A DNA stretch of 64,000 bases from assembly GCA_002269645.1 (NCBI GenBank), contig NIVC01001433.1, positions 124,001 through 188,000 on the forward strand, in the 5' to 3' direction. Position 1 is the stretch's first letter. Each line of letters opens with the position of its first letter. Below the pieces are notes generated by a model. It made no database searches and had not been told where the DNA came from. It saw only the letters and a program-made list of their open reading frames with translations. A program made the position numbers and the translations under genes. Positions 62,686 to 64,000 of the stretch are shown here, one piece after another. The DNA is from Macrostomum lignano (taxonomy: Eukaryota).

Positions 62686-64000
62686 TCAAAAGAAGCTGAC
62701 CCCATTCAAACCGCCTGAAACGCTGCTCAACGCTTTCACCACAGCCTCAACAATGGTGTCAGGTTCAGCCATTGCCCCGGCTCCAACTTCTCCGCACATC
62801 AATGTTTTAGCCACTACAGGCACTTCAATATAGCCTAAAGTGTTTTTCAATACGGCTACGTGTTTAGCGGTGAGCGGATGCTGGTACATAGCAGAGTTCA
62901 TTGCCAGTGCAAATATGATTGGACGGCCGAAGTCGCCAACAGGCCAGGCTCTGGCTATGCAGGTGAGTAGGTTATCGCACAGGCCACATGACAGCTTGGC
63001 CAAGGTGTTGGCGTCCAGCGGTGCCAGCAGCAGCAGGTCCGCCCAGTTGCGCAGGTCGATGTGAACCACCGGGTCGCCGCGCGCCTGACGATGTTATTTG
63101 TTTAAGAGAGAGCGACTGAAGTGTGACCAGAAGTTTTCCCTGAAGCCTTTTATAGAGACTGAGCTGACTAACATAAAGTTTTTTTCTGAAGAGAGCCTTA
63201 AGTTCCTGAAGTATCCGTGGACAGATAGACTGAAGTTAATCCTGAGTTTTTTGCTGAAGTATCCGTAGACAGATGGACTGAAGTTAACCCTGAGTTTTTT
63301 GCTGAAGTATCCGTGGACAGATAGACTGAAGTTAATCCTGAGTTTTTTGCTGAAGTATCCGTAGACAGATGGACTGAAGTAAATCCTGAACTTTTCCTGA
63401 AGTATCCGTGGACAGATAGACTGAAGTAAATCCTGAACTTTTCCTGAAGTACCCGTGGACAGATGGATTGAAGTTAAACCTCAAGTTTCGGAAGTTTTCG
63501 TTGACACACGTACTGAAGTTAAACCCGAAGTTTTTCCTGAAGAGAGTAACTGAAGTTAATCCTGAAGTTTTCGTAGTGGGATGGACGGAAGTTAAATATC
63601 AAGTTCCCGAAGTATAAGAGTGGTAAGAAGGATTGAAATATAACCTGAAGTCTTTTACCTGAAGTGGAGGGAGATTAACTGAAAATAAACCTGAGGTTTT
63701 TCCTGACGTCTTTTAGGTGCGACTAAACCCCAACCTGAAAGTTTTCCTAAAGCTTTCTTGCAGATTTCTTGAAGGATCTGAAGCCTGAAGAATCGCGTAT
63801 AGCACTGACAATGCCTTAATACACAGCTAAAATTACAGCTACATGTAAACAGGGTAAATCAGGAATGCAACCCTGGCCCTGCCAACCTGCCAAGAGGACC
63901 ACTCGTCGCTGTCGCGCCACACTCGAGTGACACCTTCGGGCATGGAGCGATCAGCTCTAGCTAGGAAGTGCTCAGCAGACTGGGTGCACACGACTGCAAC
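62686..64000 (-). CDS. PPCDC: Phosphopantothenoylcysteine decarboxylase (HAL3/HFCD flavoprotein), 3' two exons; gene continues beyond the window
   Basis: Exons >64000-63887 (VVCTQSAEHF...RDSDEWSSWQ) and 63084-62686 (ARGDPVVHIDLRNWADLLLLAPLDANTLAK..GLCDNLLTC..MNSAM..KTLMCG..GAGAM). Confidence 0.93.
63190..63480. repeat. 48-bp tandem repeat in PPCDC intron, decaying toward 63780
   Basis: GAAGTATCCG at 63208, 63256, 63304. Confidence 0.88.

Overview
Eukaryotic (metazoan) genomic DNA with GT-AG introns and a very high load of intronic minisatellites. The style suggests a flatworm such as Macrostomum, but this is inference, not a database result. Most entries in the ORF track are artefacts of tandem repeats. 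Real content from 5' to 3': a decayed, apparently intron-containing C2H2-zinc-finger plus tyrosine-recombinase (Crypton-like) element (1-3705, minus); a 3'-truncated Ty3/Gypsy LTR retroelement (3950-6265); a 13-kb secreted-lectin locus in which two inverted fibrinogen-related (FReD) genes flank two tandem PAN/apple plus LamG/ConA-like genes, each pair with a near-identical 5' part and a divergent ligand-binding 3' part; an intronless BIR plus UBA-like IAP gene; a 7-exon Gfo/Idh/MocA oxidoreductase; hAT MITEs and a hAT transposase relic; an MPP-beta/UQCRC1-like gene; a C11orf65/MFI homolog; an 18-exon TPR-CHAT (TTC28-like) gene; and the 3' exons of PPCDC. No rRNA, bona fide tRNA or CRISPR array was seen. 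Isolated frameshifts could be assembly indels rather than real lesions. All coordinates and exon models were derived by eye.
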